Of a stretch of DNA of 64,000 bases, positions 39,622-48,385 are shown in pieces. This DNA is from Cenarchaeum sp. (GTDB lineage Archaea; Thermoproteota; Nitrososphaeria; Nitrososphaerales; Nitrosopumilaceae), in contig CBDESU010000002.1 of assembly GCA_965242695.1 (NCBI GenBank), positions 1,312,001 to 1,376,000 on the forward strand. The letters run 5' to 3'. The position numbers and the translations under genes were made by a program. Position 1 is the first letter of the stretch; each line of letters starts with the position of its first letter. The notes beneath the pieces were generated by a model. The model did not search any database. It was not told the DNA's origin and saw only the letters and a list, made by a program, of their open reading frames with translations.

Positions 39622-42600
39622 CTACCTGCCCACATCCTCGGGCCTCACAACCTCCACGCCCGTCTCGGCCCTTATGTGGTCCCCAAAGGCCGTAAAGTCC
39701 GAGTCCCACGTCACCAGGCTCGTGCTTGCCGGCCTTGCCGGGTTGACGTGCATGTCTATGGCAGTCGCAAGCACCAGGACGTCCCTGCCCGAGGGCGGCC
39801 CGCCCACGTACCTGGCCGACTTCTTCGCCGCCTTGTCGTCCGCATGCATGCACCACTCCCTTATCGTGTCCTCGCCGGAGTAGAGCCACGCCGACATGAA
39901 CGCCTCCCTAGCCCTTTGCATGCGCATGTCCATCCTGCCGCGGCCCTTGATCACGGTGCACAGCGGGCCTATCGCGTCGTGGAGCATCCTGGAGCGCTGC
40001 TCGCTGCCGGCGACCTTTCCGTACGCCTCGTTGTAGCACACCTGCGGGATAAAGCACTGCCTCTTCTCGAACATGGGCACCATGGACCCCTCAAAGACGG
40101 TCCCGCGCGCCAGGTGGTCTAGGTACGAAATGACGACGTTCGTGTCGCAGACGTACTGCAGGTCCGGCGCGCCTCCTGCCTCGCCTCCCGTTCCGGCGCC
40201 GCGAGGCCCGCCTACGGCCGCGCCGCCCCCGGCAGCCCTCCCGGAGCGGATCCGCCCCCTGTCGATCCTCGAGTAAAAGCCGGCCGAGTACAGGCGGCTG
40301 CCCTCCAGCGACCCGAGGTAGTATTCGGCCGCCTCGCCGTGCCGGCCGAGAATGTCGCAGATCTTTCCGCAATAGTGCCTCTCCTCGCTGTCCGCCGGCT
40401 CGGCCCCGTCGAGCACACTACTGAGAAACTCCCTGGCAGCCTCGTCGCCGTCCTCGCCGCCGCACAGCATGCACACGCCCCTCCAGTACTTTGCCGCTAT
40501 GACCCGGTCGGGCTGCCCCTCGATGGCCGCGTCGTAGTACCGCATAGCGTCGGCGTACCTGGAGCGGTCGCCCGTGCCCTGGGCGTGCTTTCTGGCGGCC
40601 TTTCCGGCTAGCAGGTGCGCCTCCAAGAGGCGGGGATCCAGCGCAATGGCGCCGGCAAAGTACTCCTCGGCCCTCCTAAGGTTGTCGACGTCGCTCCTCT
40701 GCTTGAGGCATGCCTTTCCGGCCCCTATGAGGGGCTCGGGGCCTTCCGGGGACCGCCTCGCGGCTTCTGCGTACGCGTCCTCCGCCTCTACATACAGCCT
40801 CCGCTTTGTCGGCATGTCGACCTCGTCGCGGGCGCGCTTGTACAGGTCGCTTGCCCTGCACATGGCCATTCCGGCGCCGGCCCTTTCCGCGTTCCCGCCG
40901 CACTTGCCGGCAACCTCGTAGTACCACTCGGCCCTGTTGTAGTTGCCGTCCCTTGCAGCCGCGTCGGCTATCGCAAAGTGCGCCGCGTGGCTCCCCGCAT
41001 CGATGCGACTGGCCGCCTCGTAGCACGCGATCGCATCCTTGCGCCTACCCGCCTTCTCGAGGGCGCCGCCGGCCCGCAGGCAGCCCTCGGCGCACTCGGC
41101 TGCAATACCTGCGTCCATTTCGGCGGCCATCTCGTAGCATTCGGCAGCCCTGTCGTGCAGCCCCTCGCCCTCCAGCCCCGCGCCGACGCCGGCGCAGAGC
41201 CTCCCCGTCCCAGCCCCCGCCCCGTCGGCCGCCGCCGCCGCCGCCGCCATGAGCAGGCTGTCGTATGCGGGCGCATGCATGGACTCGGCGTGGAGGGACC
41301 TTGCAATCCCGACATACGCGCGCGATCTCTCGGCGCCAGTTCCGCCCTTCCTGGCCCTGGCATACCACCCCTCGGCCTCGCCATGCATCCCCTCTCCGAG
41401 CAGCGCATCGGCGATGGCAAGGCATGCGGCGCTGCCGCCCGCGCTGCCGGACGCCTCCGCCGCGAAGCGGCGCGGTCCCGGGCCTCCATGCTCTTCCCCC
41501 GGCGCCTCCCCATACGCGGCGGCCGCCTCGGCATGCCTGCCGTCTCCCGAGAGCGAGGCGGCCAGGCCGAGCCACGATGCGGCGCTGCCGCCCGCCTCTG
41601 CGCCGGCCTTGAAGCACGCGGCCGCCTCGCCGTGCCGCGACTCGGCGAACATCGCGCGGCCCCACCTTGCGAGCGCATCCTCGCACTCTTCCGGGCCGAT
41701 CATGCCCGCCGCCTGGGCGCCCCTTACGCACGCGACCGCCTCGGATATCCTAGAGTCGCCGGCCAGCCCGTCGCCGCACCTGACGCAACCGCCGCCGCAC
41801 CTCGGGCGCAGGGATCTGTCCTCCCCGAACGCCCTGCCGTACTCGGCGGCAGCCTCTTCGTGCCTGCCCATATCAAGCAGTATGTCCGCGGCGGCCAAGC
41901 GCAGCCCGGGGCTCTTTTCGCCGCCCCCAGCCCCGCCGCAGCACTCGAGCGCAAGCCGGAGGATCCTCGCCCTGACACCCCTCCCCTTGCCGGCGCCAGC
42001 CCTGTCGGCCATGTCCATGCACGCGCGCGTCTGCTCGAGCGCAAGCGAGGGGTCGAGGGCGGCCGCGCCGGCGTGCGCCTCGGCCGCCGCCTCCAGCCTT
42101 CCCATTTCGCCTAGCGCCCGCCCGCACCTTGCGCAGCCGGCGGCTGCCTTTTCCGATCCGCCGCCGCCCGCCGCCGCCCGGTGCCATCTGGCAGCCTCGG
42201 CATAGTGCCTCGCGGCCTCGCCCGCGTCCCCGCCCCTGCGGGACCGCGCCTCGGCGGCGCACCTTTCGTGCGCCTCTGCACACTCTGGCGCATGCGAGGG
42301 CTCTAGCTTTGCGGCCGCGCCGAGGGCCTCGGCCGCCTCTGCAAGCCTGCCCATGTCGGCAAGCGCCCTGCCGCACCTTGCGCAGCCGGCGGCCGCCTCG
42401 GCTGCCGCGCCCGCATCCCCCGCGCTGGCCTCCTGGTGCCACGACGCGGCCTTTGCATAGTGCGCCGCCGCCTCGTCGTCGCGCCCGCCTGGCCCAGACC
42501 GAAGCGCCGCGCCGCACTCCTCGTGCGCCCTTGCGCACTCTGGCGCATGCGCGCGATCCAGCTCGGCCGCCGCCTCGATGCACGCGGCCGCCTCTTCGGG

Positions 42601-43899
42601 CATTCCCATCTGGCCGAGCGCCCGCCCGCACCTGAGGCACCCGCGCGCATCGCCAATCGTTCCGCCGCCGCCGCCGGCGGGCCCAGAGTACCACTTTCCC
42701 GCCCTCTGGTAGTGATCTGCCGCCGCGTCCGTGCCGCCCGCGCGCAGCGCCGCCGCCCCGAACTTTTCGCAGGCCTCTGCGCACTCTAGCGCATGCGAGG
42801 GGTCGATCCCCGCGGCCGCCTCGAGGGCAGTCGCGGCCTCTTCGAGCCTGCCCCTCTTCCCTAGGGCGCGCCCGCACCTTGCGCAGCCGGCGGCCGCCGC
42901 GTCCGCATCCTCCCCCGCCCCCTTCTGGTACATCTCGGCCGCCCTGGCGTAGTGCCCGTCGGTCCCGATGCCGGCGCCTCCTTGCGGCGGGGCCTCGCAC
43001 TGCGCGTCAGTCGCATCGCCGTCCTTCGCGGCGCCGGCGCACCTTTCGTGCGCCCTTGCGCACTCTAGATCGTGCGCGGGATCCAGCACGGCGGCCGACT
43101 CTAGGGCCGCGGCCGCATCCGCATGCCTGCCCATGGCCGCCAGCGACCTGCCGCACTGCGTGCAGCCCATGGCCGCCTTCCTGAACAGGCCCGGGTCGAT
43201 CCCGGCCGACTCTGCGTACCGCCTTGCAGCCCTGACATACTGCCCGATCTCTTCCAGGGCCGTTCCTGCCCTGAACCTGGCCTCGGCCGAGCCCGGGTCC
43301 GCCCCGCATGCGGCCTCGTAGCACTCGGCCGCCCTGTCGGCGTCTCCCCTGCCGGCGATCACATACCCCATGTCCAGGTGCGTCTGGGACCTTGACGGAT
43401 CAGCTAACAGCGCCGTCCGGTACGGCCCGTCCATGTCGTCGACGGGCTCCTTGACCAGCTCTTCCCAGCATTCGATGCACCTGTCCCGAAGCACCTGCAT
43501 CTTCTTGCGGGCCTTTTGGCCCTCCGAGTCGCCGGCGCGGCCCTGCAGCGACAGCGCGTGCCCGAGCCACGCGCACGCCTCGGCGTACCTGCCGGACTTT
43601 TGGCGCACCTTTGCGCGCTGCGCGCAGACGTCGGCGCAGGCGTGCCACAGGCCGTTTATCCCGGCAGCCTTTTCGAGGCACTCGAGGGCGGCCCTTTCGA
43701 CCTCATCGCCGCCTGCCCCCTCGGCCGCGCCGCCGAGCAGGTTCCTTGCGCACGTCAGGTACGCATTGGCGCATTCCCTGCGCTTCCTGTCCCTGTCGCC
43801 GCCGACCGCGTACTGCAGCTCGACCTCGAGCTGCGCGGCGCGCCGCCGCAGGTCCGGCCCGCCCGCCTCCTTGTCCTCCGACTTGCCGGCCGCGGCCAT
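39622..43899 (-). CDS. 1425-aa TPR-like helical-repeat protein with C-terminal PIN nuclease domain
   Basis: TPR-like segments (AAECYEAACGADP, AIACYEAASRIDA); YVCDTNV...CYNEAY...GRDVLVLATA...LVTWDSDF PIN acidic tetrad; TATAAG ~24 bp upstream. Confidence 0.8.
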   Translation of the reverse strand: MAAAGKSEDKEAGGPDLRRRAAQLEVELQYAVGGDRDRKRRECANAYLTCARNLLGGAAEGAGGDEVERAALECLEKAAGINGLWHACADVCAQRAKVRQKSGRYAEACAWLGHALSLQGRAGDSEGQKARKKMQVLRDRCIECWEELVKEPVDDMDGPYRTALLADPSRSQTHLDMGYVIAGRGDADRAAECYEAACGADPGSAEARFRAGTALEEIGQYVRAARRYAESAGIDPGLFRKAAMGCTQCGRSLAAMGRHADAAAALESAAVLDPAHDLECARAHERCAGAAKDGDATDAQCEAPPQGGAGIGTDGHYARAAEMYQKGAGEDADAAAAGCARCGRALGKRGRLEEAATALEAAAGIDPSHALECAEACEKFGAAALRAGGTDAAADHYQRAGKWYSGPAGGGGGTIGDARGCLRCGRALGQMGMPEEAAACIEAAAELDRAHAPECARAHEECGAALRSGPGGRDDEAAAHYAKAASWHQEASAGDAGAAAEAAAGCARCGRALADMGRLAEAAEALGAAAKLEPSHAPECAEAHERCAAEARSRRGGDAGEAARHYAEAARWHRAAAGGGGSEKAAAGCARCGRALGEMGRLEAAAEAHAGAAALDPSLALEQTRACMDMADRAGAGKGRGVRARILRLALECCGGAGGGEKSPGLRLAAADILLDMGRHEEAAAEYGRAFGEDRSLRPRCGGGCVRCGDGLAGDSRISEAVACVRGAQAAGMIGPEECEDALARWGRAMFAESRHGEAAACFKAGAEAGGSAASWLGLAASLSGDGRHAEAAAAYGEAPGEEHGGPGPRRFAAEASGSAGGSAACLAIADALLGEGMHGEAEGWYARARKGGTGAERSRAYVGIARSLHAESMHAPAYDSLLMAAAAAAADGAGAGTGRLCAGVGAGLEGEGLHDRAAECYEMAAEMDAGIAAECAEGCLRAGGALEKAGRRKDAIACYEAASRIDAGSHAAHFAIADAAARDGNYNRAEWYYEVAGKCGGNAERAGAGMAMCRASDLYKRARDEVDMPTKRRLYVEAEDAYAEAARRSPEGPEPLIGAGKACLKQRSDVDNLRRAEEYFAGAIALDPRLLEAHLLAGKAARKHAQGTGDRSRYADAMRYYDAAIEGQPDRVIAAKYWRGVCMLCGGEDGDEAAREFLSSVLDGAEPADSEERHYCGKICDILGRHGEAAEYYLGSLEGSRLYSAGFYSRIDRGRIRSGRAAGGGAAVGGPRGAGTGGEAGGAPDLQYVCDTNVVISYLDHLARGTVFEGSMVPMFEKRQCFIPQVCYNEAYGKVAGSEQRSRMLHDAIGPLCTVIKGRGRMDMRMQRAREAFMSAWLYSGEDTIREWCMHADDKAAKKSARYVGGPPSGRDVLVLATAIDMHVNPARPASTSLVTWDSDFTAFGDHIRAETGVEVVRPEDVGR
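42000..43200 (-). repeat. Five ~82-93 aa Cys/His repeats (GCxRCGRAL..GR..EAA..L..AA.LDP.HA.ECA.AHE.C...HY..A..W) inside the PIN protein
   Basis: GC..CG motifs near 43167, 42888, 42642, 42387, 42138; ccgcaccttgcgcagccggcgg identical in three copies. Confidence 0.85.
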
Positions 43900-43983
43900 A
43901 CACGGCGCGGGGCGTACTTGCTTATAGGAATTGACCTCGCGTGCAGCGAGCAGATTTTAAGGCCGCGCGGAGGGCGGCGCGGC

Positions 43984-44499
43984 GTGAGGCCGTTCGTCCT
44001 GTGGATGACCGGCCTGCCGTGCTCGGGCAAGACGTCGGCGGCGCGCGGGTTGCGACGGCTCGTGCCGAACCTGGCCGTGCTAGACGGCGACGAGCTGCGC
44101 GAGTGGCTGACCTCGCACGACTATACGAGGGAGGGGCGGCGCGAGCACGTGCGCCGCACGGCCCGCCTGGCCGCGCTGCTCTGGCGGCACGGCGTGCCGA
44201 GCTGCGTCCCGACGGTCAGCCCGTACGCCGAGGACCGACAAGAGGCGCGCAGGCTGGCCGCCTGCGGCGGCGCATTCGCCGAGTGCTACGTGCGGTGCCC
44301 GCAGGCCGAGTGCGAGCGGCGCGACGCAAAGGGCATGTATGCCAGGGCGCGCGCCGGCCTGCTGCCCATGTTCACCGGCGTCGGCGACCCGTACGAGGAG
44401 CCCGCAAGCCCCGACCTGGTCGTCGACACGGATCGGGCCGGCATCGCCGAGGCGGCAGACATGATCGCCGACTTTCTGCGCTCGCGCGGCCTGTTGTAG
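43984..44499 (+). CDS. cysC: Adenylyl-sulfate (APS) kinase
   Basis: WMTGLPCSGKT, LDGDELR, SPY..DR, RDAKGMY, FTGVGDPYEEP; TTTTAA at 43955. Confidence 0.93.
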   Translation: MRPFVLWMTGLPCSGKTSAARGLRRLVPNLAVLDGDELREWLTSHDYTREGRREHVRRTARLAALLWRHGVPSCVPTVSPYAEDRQEARRLAACGGAFAECYVRCPQAECERRDAKGMYARARAGLLPMFTGVGDPYEEPASPDLVVDTDRAGIAEAADMIADFLRSRGLL

Positions 44500-44517
44500 G
44501 GGCGCCTCTGCCGCCCT

Positions 44518-44614
44518 CCCCCTCCGGCCGGGCGGCGCGCCGATCCCCTGTTGGGGGTCTGCCCGAGCCCGAGCACTCGATCGAGCCCCCTCCGGCCGGG
44601 CGGCGCGCCGATCC
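44518..44614. repeat. Two exact 29-bp direct repeats separated by 39 bp
   Basis: ccccctccggccgggcggcgcgccgatcc at 44518-44546 and 44586-44614. Confidence 0.85.
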
Positions 44615-44719
44615 GGGTGCCGCGGCGGACCGCGGGAATGCGCGACGCCGCCGCTCGGCTCTTGCCGCCAGTGCCGATCGCAAACGAACACCTTTTACCG
44701 CAGCCGCCAGCCGCGCGGC

Positions 44720-46822
44720 GTGGACTTTCGGCAGGCGTTCAGGACGCTCGGCCTGGCAGTCGGCTCGACGATCCAAGAGATCAAAAAGGCGTACCACAGG
44801 CTTGCACTCGAGACCCATCCCGACAGGCACCCGGGCGTGGACTGGCCGGACGGCGAGTTCAAGAGGGTGCACGAGGCGTACGAGGCGGCCAAGGACTATG
44901 CCGCCGGCGGGGCTGCGCCGGGCGGCGGCAGGGAAGGGGAGGGCGGCGGCCAAGAGGGGCCGCCGGGCGGCGGCAGGGAAGGGGAGGGCGGCGGCCAAGA
45001 GGGGCCGCCGGGCGGCGGCAGGCCGGGGAGTGGGGGCCACAGATACGACCCGAGCGCGGGGCCGTGGCATCCGGACGACGAGCCACCGTACCGGCGCCGC
45101 ACCGTCGAGGAGATACTGGCGGACGGGCCCGCCGTCGCGAACCTGCTCCGCTGCTTTCCGGGCGGCATGGCGCCGCGCCCCATCCAGCGGCACATACTGT
45201 CCGAGGTGCACGGGCACCTCCTCGCCGGCGCCCGCAGGATCGTCGTGTCCGCCCCGACAGGCGCGGGCAAGTCGGCCGTCGGGGCGGCCCTGGCGCAGTA
45301 CCTGGAGACGTCGTTTGTAGTCACGTCCACGCGCCACCTCCAGGACCAGTACGCCGGCGACTTTGGCTGGCTGCGCGCGGTAAAGGGGCAGAGAAACTTC
45401 GAGTGCCTGGGCATCGCGCAGGGGGAGAAGGGCATCCGGCCGGCCGACCGCGGAGGGTTGCCGCGCATCGAGGAGAGCTGCTACGCCGGGCGGCACAACG
45501 GCTGCGCGCTGCCGGTCGGCATCGCCGAGTTCTGCGCGTCCGCCAGGATGGTCGGCGGCCCGGGCCCCGATGCCGCCGACGCCGCGGCGCACTGCCCGTA
45601 CGACCTGCAGCGGTACTCGGCGCTGCGAAGCGCGCACTCGCTGTGGAACTATGCGATGTACCTGCGGGCGACGCACAGCGAAAAGGACTACGAGGCGCAC
45701 AGGCCGTGGCTGGAGCGCAACGTGGCCATATTCGACGAGGCGCACAACGCCGAAGAGTCCATAATCGACTCCATCGGCCTGGATGTGCTCCGCGCGGAGC
45801 TTGACGAGTGCCGGCTCGGCGTCTCCGCGTACGACCTCGCCGACCTGGACGGCGTCGTGCGCATGCTAGGCGACATCGAGGCCGAGTACGAGCGCATGCT
45901 CAAGGAGGAAAAGCGCATCCAGGCGGGCAGGGCGAGCCCAGACCTGCGCCGCGCCACGCACCTGCAGGAAAAGGCCGACAAGTACTCGGACATATGCGAC
46001 GAGATCTGCCTCAACCCGGCCAACTTTGTGGTGAACGACCCCGTGCTCGGCGCCGACGGGTCGTTCGAGTCCCTCCTGATAAAGCCCCTGTCCGTCCGGC
46101 GGTACGCCGACTCGGTGTTCCGCACCCCCGTCCAGATCTTCATGTCGGCCACGATACACAAGGAGACGTTCTGCCGCAGCATGGGGTTTTCGCCCGACGA
46201 GGTCGCCTTTGTCGACACGCCCGAGTCGCCGTTTCCACTCGAGCGGCGCAGGGTCGAGTTCCTGGACGTGGCCGCCCTCTCGGCCAAGCGGCCGGAGAAC
46301 GAGGCGCCGGTAATCGCCGAGATCGACAGGATACTCGATCGGCACGCCGGCGAGCGCGGCCTCATCCTCACGTCGTCAAAGTCCAGGTGCTGGAGGATAC
46401 TCGAGGGCCTCTCGCCGGCCAGCCGCGGGCGCGTCCGCATCTGCCACGCAGTCAACAGGGGCGGGCGGACGCAGGATCAGGTGATCGACGAGCATTCGCG
46501 CACGCCGGGCAGCGTCCTGCTGTCGTCGTCGCTGTGGCAGGGCGCGGACCTGGCCGGCGACAGGTCGAGGTTCCAGATCATCGCAAAGACGCCGTACCTG
46601 AACTACACCGAAAAGTGGGTCAAGCGGAAGGTAGAGGCCGAGCCGGAGTGGGCCGACGCCCATGCGCTGACCCGGGTGCTCCAGGGAATGGGCCGCTCGG
46701 TGCGCAGCGAGGACGACCATGCCATAACGTACGTCCTCGACTCGAACACGCACGCGCTGATAAGGAGGCGCGCCGGCGTGATCCCCGCCGCGTACCACGA
46801 CGCCCTGGGGATCGGCGGATGA
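44720..46822 (+). CDS. J-domain (DnaJ) fused to DinG/XPD/YoaA-family SF2 helicase
   Basis: N-terminal FRTLGL....EIKKAYHRLALETHPD...FKRVHEAYE; PRPIQ, APTGAGKS, Cys cluster ending CPY, DEAH, MSAT, QGMGRSVRSEDD. Confidence 0.88.
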   Translation: MDFRQAFRTLGLAVGSTIQEIKKAYHRLALETHPDRHPGVDWPDGEFKRVHEAYEAAKDYAAGGAAPGGGREGEGGGQEGPPGGGREGEGGGQEGPPGGGRPGSGGHRYDPSAGPWHPDDEPPYRRRTVEEILADGPAVANLLRCFPGGMAPRPIQRHILSEVHGHLLAGARRIVVSAPTGAGKSAVGAALAQYLETSFVVTSTRHLQDQYAGDFGWLRAVKGQRNFECLGIAQGEKGIRPADRGGLPRIEESCYAGRHNGCALPVGIAEFCASARMVGGPGPDAADAAAHCPYDLQRYSALRSAHSLWNYAMYLRATHSEKDYEAHRPWLERNVAIFDEAHNAEESIIDSIGLDVLRAELDECRLGVSAYDLADLDGVVRMLGDIEAEYERMLKEEKRIQAGRASPDLRRATHLQEKADKYSDICDEICLNPANFVVNDPVLGADGSFESLLIKPLSVRRYADSVFRTPVQIFMSATIHKETFCRSMGFSPDEVAFVDTPESPFPLERRRVEFLDVAALSAKRPENEAPVIAEIDRILDRHAGERGLILTSSKSRCWRILEGLSPASRGRVRICHAVNRGGRTQDQVIDEHSRTPGSVLLSSSLWQGADLAGDRSRFQIIAKTPYLNYTEKWVKRKVEAEPEWADAHALTRVLQGMGRSVRSEDDHAITYVLDSNTHALIRRRAGVIPAAYHDALGIGG
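44916..45022 (+). repeat. 45-bp tandem repeat (~2.4 copies) encoding the PGGGREGEGGGQEGP linker
   Basis: Units start at 44916, 44961, 45006. Confidence 0.9.
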
Positions 46823-47009
46823 CGGGCGCGCCCGCGTCCCTCCGGCACCGCAGGCCCGCCGCGGCGCGCGTCATGGGCGGCCGGAGCCGGCGGAACGCCT
46901 CCTGCCGCATGCCCACGCGCCTCCTAGGCCACGCGATCGGAGGCCTCCGGCCCCTCCCCGGCGCCGCCGCCGCAAACCCATAAATGGACTGCGCCGCGCC
47001 CCGCGCGCA

Positions 47010-47630
47010 ATGGGAAAATACACACTACCGGAGATGCCGTACTCTTACGATGCGCTAGAGCCGCATCTGGATGCGCGCACGATGGAGATCCACCACACAA
47101 AGCACCACCAAACGTACACCGACAAGCTCAACGCGGCGCTCGACGGGTGCCCGCCCGACGTCCAGGGCGCCGACATACTCGACGTGCTGTCCGACCTCTC
47201 GAAGGTTCCCGAGGACAAGCGCGGCGCGGTCAACTTCAACGGCGGCGGCTACGACAACCACCGGCTGTTCTGGAGCAGCATGAAGGCCGGCGGCGGCGGC
47301 GAGCCCGGCGGGGCCCTGGCCGATGCGATCAGCGCATCGTTCGGCGGCTTTGCGGCGTTCAAGGAAAAGTTCTCGGCCACGACGGCGGTCATACAGGGCA
47401 GCGGCTGGGGCTGGCTCGTGTACAACCCGTCGACGTCAAAGGTCGAGTACAAGTCGATGCCGAACCAGACGAGCCCGAGGACCGAGGGGCTTGTGCCCCT
47501 ACTCGGATGCGACGTGTGGGAGCACGCGTACTACCTAAAGTACCAGAACCGCAGGCCCGACTACATCTCGGCGTGGTGGAACGTCGTCGACTGGGACGAG
47601 GTCGACGGCCGGCTCTCGAGGGCAAGGTAA
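47010..47630 (+). CDS. sod: Fe/Mn superoxide dismutase
   Basis: LPEMPYSYDALEP, HHTKHH, NH.LFW, GSGWGWL, DVWEHAYY; T6 tract at 47650-47655. Confidence 0.97.
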   Translation: MGKYTLPEMPYSYDALEPHLDARTMEIHHTKHHQTYTDKLNAALDGCPPDVQGADILDVLSDLSKVPEDKRGAVNFNGGGYDNHRLFWSSMKAGGGGEPGGALADAISASFGGFAAFKEKFSATTAVIQGSGWGWLVYNPSTSKVEYKSMPNQTSPRTEGLVPLLGCDVWEHAYYLKYQNRRPDYISAWWNVVDWDEVDGRLSRAR

Positions 47631-47863
47631 AACCCGGGCATCGCGCCCATTTTTTCATCATCCGCGGGGGCGGCTCCCGCCGCGCGCCGCCTGCCAGGCG
47701 CCCGCACCCGCCTTCCCTTGAGCCCCGCGCCGGCTGGTGGCGGCGTTGCGGGAGGAGGGTGCGGGCGATGGCGCGGCGGCGCCAAGGCGCGCGCCGCGGG
47801 CCGGCATTCGCACCGGGGCCGGCCCGTGATCACTTATAACGGCCGCCGGGGCCGCGTGGCGCG

Positions 47864-48379
47864 TTGAGCCTCAGCAGTTCGGACGAGCAGCGCTGGAACG
47901 AGCTCCAGCTGGCAGCGCAGGAACTGGAGGCGCAGGATGCAGAACTGGCAAGGCGCGCCTCTGGACTGAGCGGCGCCCTGCGCGAGGGCAACGCCGCGGC
48001 GTCGGCCCTTCGCGCGCTAGAGGCGGCAGCCTCTGCGTCAGGATCCCAGGGCGGCGGATCCGGCGAGGCCGACTCGCTCGTGCCGCTCGGGCTCGGACTG
48101 TACGGGCGGGCTCGGATTTCGTACGGAACGGGCGTGATTGTGAGCATCGGGGCCGGAGCGGCGGTCGAAAAGGACACCGGCGCGGCCCTCAACCACGTCG
48201 ATGCAAGGATAAAGGAGATCGAGGTGGAGGTGCAGGGCGTAAACGCAATGCGCGCCGAGGTGGCGCAGCGTGCGGGGCGGGTGAGGCAGGAGCTGGACGC
48301 CATAATGAGGAGGGCCGCCGGCGAGGCTGGCGCAGATGTCGCAGCCGCGGCCGGCCGGCCGGCCGAGGGTCGGGCATGA
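47864..48379 (+). CDS. pfdA: Prefoldin alpha subunit
   Basis: Coiled coil-LVPLG.GLY...VIVSIGAGAAVEK-coiled coil; upstream of ftsY; TTATAA at 47834. Confidence 0.85.
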   Translation: MSLSSSDEQRWNELQLAAQELEAQDAELARRASGLSGALREGNAAASALRALEAAASASGSQGGGSGEADSLVPLGLGLYGRARISYGTGVIVSIGAGAAVEKDTGAALNHVDARIKEIEVEVQGVNAMRAEVAQRAGRVRQELDAIMRRAAGEAGADVAAAAGRPAEGRA

Positions 48380-48385
48380 TGCGGC

